From a virus (lineage: Duplodnaviria > Caudoviricetes), in the IMG/VR virus record IMGVR_UViG_3300025066_000012, positions 1 through 64,000 of that record: a stretch of DNA of 64,000 bases; one strand, given 5' to 3'. Both the position numbers and the translations under genes were made by a program. Below the pieces are notes generated by a model that was not told the DNA's origin, made no database searches, and saw nothing but the letters and a program-made list of their open reading frames with translations. This document shows, piece by piece, positions 18,286 through 26,779 of this stretch. The first letter of the stretch is position 1; each line of letters begins with the position of its first letter.

Positions 18286-19887
18286 TTATCCCCCCATTGA
18301 TTCCGGAGGAGTCTCCGGCTCTAATTCTGGTGCTTCTTCCACTGTTTCTTCCACGGCTTCTTCAGGCTCTTTGGCGGCAGGCTCTTGAGCCCCAGGCACA
18401 CCAGCTCTTGAAGCAGCAATGGCTTTAGCGTTTGCAAGCTGCCCCATCATTTTTGTAACTCTTGTTAGCGCATATGAAAATGAATCAATAAGTTTACTTT
18501 GAGACTCTGCTAACTCCGGAAACATAGATGCAACACCAAGTTTATCCAACATAATATCAAACTCAGCAAGCTGGCGAATAATTCGTCTATCAGCCAGGAG
18601 TCCAGCTACTTCATCTAACTTAGTAGCTGCATCTTCTAGGTTGATATCTCCCGCTAAAAACTCATACTCTCCAGGCCTCGCCCCAGGAATTGGAACAATA
18701 TCACGAAGCTTTGCAGCCTCAACATCATCTGGCCCAGGAATGTCGTGACCAGAGTCTGACTCAGCGGGCTCTGTATCAGCCTCCACAGGCTCAACGCTAG
18801 CCTCCGGGTTGTCCGGCAACTCTGGGGCTAGAGCTGCCGGCTCTGGAGCCTCAGCACCGGGCAGTGGACCCGGTGCTGCATCGGGGGCCATAGTGGGCTC
18901 CGGAACCACCTCTTCCATAGGAACTTCTTGAGCTATCTTCCTCAGTATCCCTGCTGCCTCCATAGAGCCGGCACGCTCAAAGGTTGACGCCGTTTTAAAG
19001 GTAACATCTGAAAGGGTTCTTGCTAACTTAATATTCTTTGCAAGAATGCTAAGAGAAACAAGGGCTTCTGCTAATTCTTTGTAATTTTCATGATCAACAT
19101 ATGTATCGGATCTGATGAGCTTATCAACTCTCCTTAGTGCTCCATAGAGCTGCTGCTTCCAAGTAATGAATAATTTCTTTTCTTCAACATTTTTTGTAGA
19201 ACTCTTTGACGCATTATCAAATGTATCTCTACGGAAGGAATCTCCAGGCATATTATTGCCAGTATTTTTATCGAGATATGAGCTTCCGCTCCCAGCATAA
19301 TAAGGATTATTTCCCTGCCCTAAATCAGATTGGTAAACCGCTTTTTTTTTCATTTTGATCTCCTCTTCAAGACTATATTTTAGATGCTCGCCCGAGCTAT
19401 AATATTCAAACCACTTATTAAATTTACGTCTCTCTTCTTTATCTAAAGAATTACTATAATATTCCAAAGCATTAGCCTTAGACATCTCGTCACTTTCAAT
19501 TGAAGTATATATCTTGTAAACAAGGTCTAGCCATTTGCTTATATTATATTCCTCGTCTACCTCTTCTGGTGATAGTCCGGGGCTGGGGTATGCAACCTTT
19601 GTTATATCTTTTGAGTCTAGTTTTGCTTTTGTTATTAAATAATAAGCATCATTTTTGTTTTTGATATCTAAGCTTAATATATTTTTAAAATCACCATCAG
19701 ATAAACGGGCCCTAATTTCTTTTGAGGCTTCTTTTACTAAAAGATACTTTTTTAATTTTGTATCCGAATCAACCCCTATAGAAGAAAGATATTCGGCCCT
19801 CGCAATAAGCATACCAAATTCTTTGCTCTTCTCTCCAGACGAGAGATTTATAAGCCTTTCATAAAGGTAGTTGTTAACCTTCTTCAT
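18286..19887 (-). CDS. Hypothetical head-region protein with Pro/Glu-rich linkers
   Basis: 533-aa ORF. Internal in-frame ATG at 19353 with GAGGAG SD. KIAQE motif. Confidence 0.8.
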   Translation of the reverse strand: MKKVNNYLYERLINLSSGEKSKEFGMLIARAEYLSSIGVDSDTKLKKYLLVKEASKEIRARLSDGDFKNILSLDIKNKNDAYYLITKAKLDSKDITKVAYPSPGLSPEEVDEEYNISKWLDLVYKIYTSIESDEMSKANALEYYSNSLDKEERRKFNKWFEYYSSGEHLKYSLEEEIKMKKKAVYQSDLGQGNNPYYAGSGSSYLDKNTGNNMPGDSFRRDTFDNASKSSTKNVEEKKLFITWKQQLYGALRRVDKLIRSDTYVDHENYKELAEALVSLSILAKNIKLARTLSDVTFKTASTFERAGSMEAAGILRKIAQEVPMEEVVPEPTMAPDAAPGPLPGAEAPEPAALAPELPDNPEASVEPVEADTEPAESDSGHDIPGPDDVEAAKLRDIVPIPGARPGEYEFLAGDINLEDAATKLDEVAGLLADRRIIRQLAEFDIMLDKLGVASMFPELAESQSKLIDSFSYALTRVTKMMGQLANAKAIAASRAGVPGAQEPAAKEPEEAVEETVEEAPELEPETPPESMGG

Positions 19888-20126
19888 TTTTTATCAAGCC
19901 TGCTCATCAGAATATCTAGTTGTTCGAGAAACTCTTTTTTATTTATCATCCTTACTGTTTTTATCTGCCTCTTCATATAATCTATAAAAATCTTCAAATG
20001 CGCCTTACTAATGGCTGTATCATCTAAATATAAATCTGTATTATCTCGAATCCATTTTTCAAAAGATATCAAGCTATTGGCATTTTCTATCCTAAAATTT
20101 TTGAAAACTCGTCCATCAGTAAACAT
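19884..20126 (-). CDS. Small hypothetical protein
   Basis: 80-aa ORF overlapping both neighbours in operon fashion. Confidence 0.65.
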   Translation of the reverse strand: MFTDGRVFKNFRIENANSLISFEKWIRDNTDLYLDDTAISKAHLKIFIDYMKRQIKTVRMINKKEFLEQLDILMSRLDKK

Positions 20127-20805
20127 CTATAATATCTCCCTCTATAAGCTTGATATTATTAGCATCTAATGCTCTTATTTTGTGATCTAGGCGGCTAACA
20201 AAAACTCCAACCAGCTCTGGGCTGATATCTTGCAGGATTCCAAGGACTACTTCTTTGAGCATTTTTGCTTGCTCATTAACTATGTTTATGTTGATATTAT
20301 GATCAATTCTTGTGTCAGCAACACCTTCTACATATTTTTTCCAATCTTGCATTAGTGATTTCATAGTATTTATATATTCTATAAATACTTTATCCTCCCT
20401 TATGGAACCACCGCCTGTATCTAATAGGTTATAATAATGCTCAATTCTTGATCCAATAACTTTATCCATTTCCAGCAGTCTTCTTGCTACATCAAGTTCC
20501 GATGTGGCAATCTCATCTATTTTCTGTTGATAGGCAGAAGATGAAGCTATTACCAGCTTTGTTTCCGCATCTAAAGCCTCTCGATCCACTTCTGTTCGCT
20601 TATTCTTAATGTCATCTAAGAGATTACCCTTTAAGTTTAGATTTTCTCCTCTAAACTTTTGAAGAGTCATATATGACACGTGAAGACGTTTTGTTCTTGG
20701 ATATTTCTTTTTCAGCCAAGCCTCTACAGACTTAACAGAATCGCCCTCTAAGAGCTTTGAGATAATATCTTCTCTGTCTGGATGGTTTAAAACTTTTTTG
20801 CTCAT
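20116..20805 (-). CDS. Hypothetical protein, candidate terminase small subunit
   Basis: N-terminal HPDREDIISKLLEGDSVKSV HTH-like segment, then coiled coil and a NININI tail. Upstream of TerL. The assignment is inference only. Confidence 0.4.
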   Translation of the reverse strand: MSKKVLNHPDREDIISKLLEGDSVKSVEAWLKKKYPRTKRLHVSYMTLQKFRGENLNLKGNLLDDIKNKRTEVDREALDAETKLVIASSSAYQQKIDEIATSELDVARRLLEMDKVIGSRIEHYYNLLDTGGGSIREDKVFIEYINTMKSLMQDWKKYVEGVADTRIDHNININIVNEQAKMLKEVVLGILQDISPELVGVFVSRLDHKIRALDANNIKLIEGDIIDVY

Positions 20806-20834
20806 TTTGTTCCTGCTGCTTTATTGTAACGAAA

Positions 20835-20867
20835 AGGCCCCAGCTATATTTTACCAAGCTGGGGCCT
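20835..20867 (-). terminator. Terminator-like hairpin
   Basis: 11-bp inverted repeat AGGCCCCAGCT...AGCTGGGGCCT in an intergenic gap, with a short T run after it on the minus strand. Confidence 0.6.
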
Positions 20868-20898
20868 AATTCTTGAGATATTTAACGTTGTTAAAAAA

Positions 20899-21897
20899 TC
20901 AATTATTTTTGCTTAGCAGCGAATCTATGTATGTTGCCTCGCCAGTTAATCCCTTTTCATCTAGATGAGTAGCCAGTCGAATCAAGTCACGAACTACGCT
21001 TGATGAGACAGCGCTTATTTCGCTAGCCCCGTCTACGATAGTCGCCTCTTCTTCGCTCAAATTAGCGTTAGTCATTTGTGCAAGACTGCTTGGATCTAAC
21101 TTATAATCAGAAGATGGATCTTCATGAGCCTTAAACAATGCTGCAATTTCACCCATGGTGAGCGGGCGATTCTCACGCTCAGTAGGCAAGACCTCTGTTG
21201 GGCTTGCTGCTGGAGCCTGTAGCCCGAGCACTTCTCTCACCCAAGGAGTCGAACGATCAACATCCCGCAATTTTTCTCCTCCCATGCCGGCATCCATAAG
21301 GACTCCCAACTCCTTTGTGGTAAGGGCATCTTCATATCGGGGCCCCAGCGCCTCAAATCTCCACTGCGCATCAAATCCTTGCGCCTGCTTCAGAATAAGA
21401 TCAAGGCTATCAGCCTCTTTTATCAGGCCCTTTTCGTCCAAGAGGCTTGCTAGGTTCATGAGATCTGATTGTAAGCTTACACTTCCGCCTGGGAATTCTC
21501 TGCCGTCCTCAGACTTGAACCCCTCATTGTAGTCATAGATTTTATTTGTATATGGATCCTGCATGATCCCATCTCCTATTCGTCTAGCCTGTACGCCGAC
21601 ACGATCCGGAGAGTATCTGGTAGATAGTGAGGTGTTTGCCTCAGACTCTGTAACTTTTGAATCCTCATGTTGTCGCCCAACATTGTATAACGCCTCTATG
21701 TCTCTAGACGGAGCCTCTCCACCTCTTTGCAATAGATATTGAGGTCTTGTGGCATACTCCGGAACAACATTAGACTTAAAATGCTGGAAAATACCATGCT
21801 GATCTTGCGAAACTTTATGCAAAGCCTCCAACTCGGTATCTGCCGCCTTAGACGCTTTATTTAATGTAAATAATATCTCCGTTCTTTTGTTGGGCAT
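20899..21897 (-). CDS. Hypothetical head-region protein with two LA..LDEKGL..EA..lD.lL motifs
   Basis: 332-aa ORF; LASLLDEKGLIKEADSLDLIL and LATHLDEKGLTGEATYIDSLL. Confidence 0.8.
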   Translation of the reverse strand: MPNKRTEILFTLNKASKAADTELEALHKVSQDQHGIFQHFKSNVVPEYATRPQYLLQRGGEAPSRDIEALYNVGRQHEDSKVTESEANTSLSTRYSPDRVGVQARRIGDGIMQDPYTNKIYDYNEGFKSEDGREFPGGSVSLQSDLMNLASLLDEKGLIKEADSLDLILKQAQGFDAQWRFEALGPRYEDALTTKELGVLMDAGMGGEKLRDVDRSTPWVREVLGLQAPAASPTEVLPTERENRPLTMGEIAALFKAHEDPSSDYKLDPSSLAQMTNANLSEEEATIVDGASEISAVSSSVVRDLIRLATHLDEKGLTGEATYIDSLLSKNN

Positions 21898-21904
21898 AAT
21901 GTTC

Positions 21905-23461
21905 CTATGTTAGTGTGATTTTGGAAGTAGAGATTAGGGCTCCAGAAAGATCTGAGTCTAAATGCTGAATCCCTCTGGCCTTAGGTATGATGCGGCCCTT
22001 TGAATCAAAAGTAATCTTACTAACTGGCAGACCAAGCTTTGGACTATATAGCTGAACTGAGGTTGGGATATTGATTAGATCACCACGATCAAACGCGTTC
22101 TTAATGAGGGTATCTCGCTCTGAACTGCCAGTTGCATGCTTTAGGAGCTTAGAGAACCGATCCAAAGAGGCTACGTATTTCGTGCTTCCAAATTTAGATT
22201 CAATAACTCGCAATGCAGCTTCGGCCTGCTTCAGATTAGAGCCGGCAACACCTGAGTCCATCTGGTTGACCAGCTGAGCATATGTCATGCGGCCCATCTC
22301 TTCTTCTGCTCTTGAGACTTTATTGATCGAATCAGTATTGGCAGCTTTGGCGAAAACATCTTTTAGGCCAGAATTATTTAGCCTATATTTCTCGCCAGCG
22401 ACAACAAAGTGGGATGGGATTACCGGGCTACCATTCGGCATATCAACAGATATAAGTGCATTGATCTGCCCTATTGCTGACGGGATAGATGCAGTTAGAT
22501 TTAACGTTTTGGTGTTAGCTGATACTAATTTAATCTGAGATTGATTCACACCAAGGCTCGAAAGCTCAGCCGACACAACACTAATGGCGGATCTTACTTG
22601 ATCTCGGCTAAAGATTGTAGCAGCCGCAACAAGATCATTGTCTAGACTGGCATACTTTTCTAGTGCAGCAGGCATTGCGGGACTTTCTATCGTTAGATCT
22701 CCAAAGGCCCTCTGTGCTTCGTACTTCCCTCGGGATGCTTTCTTCGTAAAGTTATTCATATCTTTTACGAAAACAAATAAGTTTTCTTTATTTAGCTTTA
22801 CTAGCGAATCATTCTGAACGAAAGTCGTTGGGAGCGATGCTATGCCGTTGGTTACTTGAACCGGAATCGGAACGTTTACCTGTGTAAAATCAGATGTGCT
22901 TATTGAGGCGTTACAAAGAACGAAATGCTCATTAGATCTAATGGCGGTCACTTCTGACGGCTGATACCCTAAGGCGACTAACTGTAGCTTCGCAAACTTC
23001 TCTGCTCGCCTAAGAGTATTTTCCGATAGAGCGGAGAATACTGTTTTCTTATCTAAGGAAAATGCTCCTGATAACTCCTCGGAAAGCTCTGAGGAAGAAT
23101 ATAATGGATCCAATTTATTCTCCATTGGAATCCTAGAGGCTGTTCCCTTGTATTTCTGCGCCTCAGCGGCCTGCTTGCTAGTAAGCAGATCTTCTAGCTC
23201 AACTCTGAACTGAGATCTTCCGCCGGACATACCATACAGGTGATCGTAGGCTTCCGTAATCTCCTTCTGAGATACAAAGCTCTGCTTTGAGGCTACCTTT
23301 ACAAAAACATCCCGCATGTAGCCTATCAGGGCATCACCGGGATTTCTTTCGGCAGAAGCTATTAACCGAGTTGCAACATATCCAGATGGATATGTTTTTC
23401 CGTTATTAAGCTTATCTAAAGCTTTCTTAGCTTGTTCTGCAATTTTCTTTATTTGATCCAT
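21905..23461 (-). CDS. Hypothetical protein, probably structural
   Basis: 518-aa ORF with an apparent internal domain duplication (IPVQVTNGIASLPTTF / ISVDMPNGSPVIPSHF) and many K-x-A/S motifs. Confidence 0.75.
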   Translation of the reverse strand: MDQIKKIAEQAKKALDKLNNGKTYPSGYVATRLIASAERNPGDALIGYMRDVFVKVASKQSFVSQKEITEAYDHLYGMSGGRSQFRVELEDLLTSKQAAEAQKYKGTASRIPMENKLDPLYSSSELSEELSGAFSLDKKTVFSALSENTLRRAEKFAKLQLVALGYQPSEVTAIRSNEHFVLCNASISTSDFTQVNVPIPVQVTNGIASLPTTFVQNDSLVKLNKENLFVFVKDMNNFTKKASRGKYEAQRAFGDLTIESPAMPAALEKYASLDNDLVAAATIFSRDQVRSAISVVSAELSSLGVNQSQIKLVSANTKTLNLTASIPSAIGQINALISVDMPNGSPVIPSHFVVAGEKYRLNNSGLKDVFAKAANTDSINKVSRAEEEMGRMTYAQLVNQMDSGVAGSNLKQAEAALRVIESKFGSTKYVASLDRFSKLLKHATGSSERDTLIKNAFDRGDLINIPTSVQLYSPKLGLPVSKITFDSKGRIIPKARGIQHLDSDLSGALISTSKITLT

Positions 23462-23471
23462 TATAATCCCT

Positions 23472-23948
23472 TTAGCTTGTTTTAAACATTTCCGGAAACA
23501 AGCCTCTTATAGCTGAGGCTTTTGCTTGTGTTTGAGCTTCCAAAACTTTATTTACAAAAGAGTCATCCGTTGTTGCCATATCTAATAGCGCTGATTTGAA
23601 AGTAAATATATCATCTGCAGAATATCCATATTCCTCGGATGAAAACGAACAAATAGGAACGTCTTTATAAGACAGGGTCACGTTGTCGTGATCGTAATTG
23701 CTGGAAGCCTTCCAGTTTCCACCCTCTTTCGTTTGAAAGCTTGGATCGGAACTTCTTACCAAGAATGTTTCTCCATCAACTTCCTCAGAAACCCACAGAT
23801 CATTATATTGATCTCCAAAAACTTTGTACATATCGAATGCAATTTTTTTGAACTGCAAATCTTCAGTCAATAATATTCTGTCCTTCGTAGACAAGTCTGC
23901 CGTCTCTTTTTTGGCTAACGCCAGTAATACCTCGTCTAAGTTTGACAT
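23472..23948 (-). CDS. Hypothetical protein
   Basis: 158-aa ORF with GAGGA SD; first gene of the head-module run. Confidence 0.8.
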   Translation of the reverse strand: MSNLDEVLLALAKKETADLSTKDRILLTEDLQFKKIAFDMYKVFGDQYNDLWVSEEVDGETFLVRSSDPSFQTKEGGNWKASSNYDHDNVTLSYKDVPICSFSSEEYGYSADDIFTFKSALLDMATTDDSFVNKVLEAQTQAKASAIRGLFPEMFKTS

Positions 23949-24047
23949 TAATTATGTTCCTCGCTGTAAAATTTATCTTTATTAATAGAAAACAAACAGG
24001 CGTTACTAGCTGAAATGTTTCGCATATATCTTATACATAATTAGTAG

Positions 24048-24485
24048 CTAATCTGCCTCTTCTTTATTTATCTCTTGAATTTTATCTAGTATATTGTTTA
24101 TATTAACATTGTTTTTGCAAATCTTTTGAAGTTTCTTTACAATCCCGCCGTATCTCTTCTTGTGATTTCTATAATCAATATTACCATGCATAGCTTTGTG
24201 TACGGCAGATTGGGTGATGCCAAGATGCTCAGCTATACTATTCTGAGTCTTACCCATAAGCCTCATAAATAATATTTTCTTTTGATGATCAGTTAAGTGC
24301 GGGCCGTTTACGATTTCGTAAATCTCATCAAGAAGTGCTTCTTTCAGGTCAGATATTCTTTCATCTGACGTATTAGCCATCATGACGCTGCCCATGCCAC
24401 GTTCATTAGAGAAATTATTTAATTTTGCCGATTCAAATGATATTTCTACAATTTTATATTGATATGACTTACTTTTTTTCTTCAT
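24048..24485 (-). CDS. Sigma-70 region-4-like HTH protein
   Basis: LTDHQKKILFMRLMGKTQNSIAEHLGITQSAVHK fits the sigma region 4 / LuxR-type HTH pattern. Confidence 0.65.
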   Translation of the reverse strand: MKKKSKSYQYKIVEISFESAKLNNFSNERGMGSVMMANTSDERISDLKEALLDEIYEIVNGPHLTDHQKKILFMRLMGKTQNSIAEHLGITQSAVHKAMHGNIDYRNHKKRYGGIVKKLQKICKNNVNINNILDKIQEINKEEAD

Positions 24486-24491
24486 ATTGGC

Positions 24492-25253
24492 TTACCAAAA
24501 TTCTGGAATACTCTGCTTAAAGTCTTTAAAGAAAGATTCTCGATTCTTATTCGGTAAAGAGAAATATTCGTCTACATCCTTTGTGTTAGAGGGAGGAATT
24601 AAAAACCTAAATTTAATTCCCTTATTTATGTATTTTTCATAAATTCTCTTGGCAGAGAGTAGTCCAGCTTCATCGCCGTCGAGAATAAATGTTACCTTGT
24701 CAGTATATCTTGCTAACTTTAGAAAATGATTTTGTGAAAATGCAGTACCACATATGGCAACCGAATTATCTAAACCGTTCCGGACCATAGACAGATAATC
24801 AAAGTATCCTTCTAATACATAAACATTATTATTTTTTAGAATTGATTTTTTAGAATTATTTAAACCATATAATATATTCGCCTTCTTATAAGAGGAGTTT
24901 TTATACTTCGGAACCCCTATGGCCCTTCTTTCTGCGTCAGTTAGCAGGGCTCTTCCGCTTATTCCTACTGGATCATTATGCTCTGAGAATATTGGAAAAA
25001 TTAAATAAAAATAATTTGAGAAATCACTACTCCTGGTCATATTTAAAATATTCAGCTTAGACAAAGTCTCTTCGGAGACATGCTTTGTTAGGGCTCCTAT
25101 GCTTTGCGGAAAGTATCCAATCTTATTAGATCTGATTAACTCTTTGGACAATCCCCTATCTTTTATAAGATATTTCAGACACGGCTGAGAGGATCTCAGG
25201 TTCGCATGACAAATATCAACAAGCTTTGCTATTTCAGTAGTTTCATTAATCAT
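24492..25253 (-). CDS. dnaG: DnaG-type primase catalytic core plus TOPRIM, lacking the zinc-binding domain
   Basis: YL..RGL, LIFPI, GISGRAL, PKYKNS, LYGL, VLEGYFDY, AICGTAF, LDGDEAG, KDVDEY. Confidence 0.88.
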   Translation of the reverse strand: MINETTEIAKLVDICHANLRSSQPCLKYLIKDRGLSKELIRSNKIGYFPQSIGALTKHVSEETLSKLNILNMTRSSDFSNYFYLIFPIFSEHNDPVGISGRALLTDAERRAIGVPKYKNSSYKKANILYGLNNSKKSILKNNNVYVLEGYFDYLSMVRNGLDNSVAICGTAFSQNHFLKLARYTDKVTFILDGDEAGLLSAKRIYEKYINKGIKFRFLIPPSNTKDVDEYFSLPNKNRESFFKDFKQSIPEFW

Positions 25254-25261
25254 TTATAGCC

Positions 25262-25600
25262 CTATTCGCCCTCATATAATTCTACAGCCTTTGCCATACT
25301 ATCTGTTATGTTAATTTTGCATCCCTTTCCTCCCTGAGGACAAGACTTACCAACAAGGAGCCCAGACGACATGGTCGCCTGCACCATCTTATCGCATGTT
25401 TTGCACGGAAATACAAATGCCTTTTTATTATGATCTCTACGAATATCTCCGTTTGCTCTCATAGACAGTTTTGTATAGGAGGATAGGTCACTTAAATCAT
25501 CTCCACACGCATTACATACAATAGTATCTCTGTCTACATCAAGAGAGGCATCTGTCATGCCATCACTGTTCCTACACCCTACATTACAACGAACAATCAT
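25262..25600 (-). CDS. Cys-rich zinc-finger protein
   Basis: CNVGC, CNACG, CKTC and CPQGGKGC motifs. Confidence 0.7.
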   Translation of the reverse strand: MIVRCNVGCRNSDGMTDASLDVDRDTIVCNACGDDLSDLSSYTKLSMRANGDIRRDHNKKAFVFPCKTCDKMVQATMSSGLLVGKSCPQGGKGCKINITDSMAKAVELYEGE

Positions 25601-26439
25601 TATACGCCTCCAAGGCTTAATTCTGACATTAACGGATTAACTTCTTCCTCTTCTTCGTCATCCGCCTCACCTAGAGGCGGCTCTGAATTATTAATATAAA
25701 ACTCTCTAATCTCTGCCAGATGTTTGGCCATAAGCTCTGGGCGATCCGCGAGATACTGAATAGAGGCACCCCTCCCTACTATATTTGAACCCTCAATGCA
25801 ATAAGTTTTAGTGCTCGGCCTTGTTATTAAATTGTACTTTATTGCTAAATCGAATATCTCAATATCTTCTTGAACAATGCCCTTTAGGTACTCGATTTTA
25901 TATTCAGCAGTTTTGTAAGGAGCACCAACTTTATTCTTCTGAATCTTAGCCTTAACTGTATGTCCAATTTTTTGACCACTAGAATCACTGATTGCTTCAC
26001 TTGCTGAAGTCATTGGTGCCATGTTTAGCATCAAGCTACAAGCGTGCTTGAGAGCCTTTCCGCCTGGGCTTGAGTTATGATTGACTTGACCATTCGCGAT
26101 ATAATTCTCAGTTTCTGGAACAGTAGTGTCTACAATACACAGGCTTTCGTCAATTACTTTCGCATCCGGATGATCTGCGAGGCGAACATATTCATCTCCA
26201 ACAAGAATCCTGTGATCTGCCGACCCTCTTAGGTCCTCCAGAAGATAGTGCTTAGATACGGTAGGCTTTACTACGAATGTAGTCATCGGACTAAACCCAA
26301 TTGATCCATCTGAAAATTGAGTTTCAACTTTTATATCTAATTCTGAAATATCAATAGTGACCGGAGTATTCATATCATCCAAGTCTAAAAATCTGTTTGC
26401 AAATTCAAAAAATGTTATTTCCTCTGTTATAATCGACAC
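25600..26439 (-). CDS. recA: Split-intein C-fragment (122 aa) fused to the RecA C-terminal extein
   Basis: Own SD (AAGGAGAG) and GTG start. Intein block B GSADH and blocks F/G IVDTTVPETENYIANGQVNHN, then S+1 and the RecA sequence SPGGKALKHACS...KNKVGAPYK. Confidence 0.9.
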   Translation of the reverse strand: MSIITEEITFFEFANRFLDLDDMNTPVTIDISELDIKVETQFSDGSIGFSPMTTFVVKPTVSKHYLLEDLRGSADHRILVGDEYVRLADHPDAKVIDESLCIVDTTVPETENYIANGQVNHNSSPGGKALKHACSLMLNMAPMTSASEAISDSSGQKIGHTVKAKIQKNKVGAPYKTAEYKIEYLKGIVQEDIEIFDLAIKYNLITRPSTKTYCIEGSNIVGRGASIQYLADRPELMAKHLAEIREFYINNSEPPLGEADDEEEEEVNPLMSELSLGGV

Positions 26440-26741
26440 AATACTCTCTCCTTGATAATATTCTCTATTGATTGAGATTTTATTTCATCTTCCCAGATAA
26501 TCACTTGTTTTGGGAATGTTTGCGAAACCCTTTCAAGCCTCTAGGCGTCCCTCAGGCGCTGCTGCTTAGCCGTCCTACTGGAGAATAATACAGCTGTGAT
26601 GAAGATAAAATTCTTTTTGAATTCCACCATATGGAATTCCGCTTTCTCTTTTTGCTGGCTCACCCTTCTTGAGCTGCGAACTCAGCTGCATGCTAGTTAC
26701 TGGCTTGTTGTCTTTCATTTTAAATGTAAATACTCTATCAT
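26427..26741 (-). pseudogene. Decayed free-standing homing endonuclease (Vsr/DUF559-like) between the recA halves
   Basis: AGGAGGG SD plus ATG at 26741, then frame breaks. The final frame reads RTAKQQRLRDA*RLERVSQTFPKQVIIWEDEIK, resembling the ...RD..R.........iiWE.e end of Vsr-like endonucleases. Confidence 0.6.
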
Positions 26742-26779
26742 ATTCCCTCCTATAGTCTTATTAGGACTTATTAATGGAG

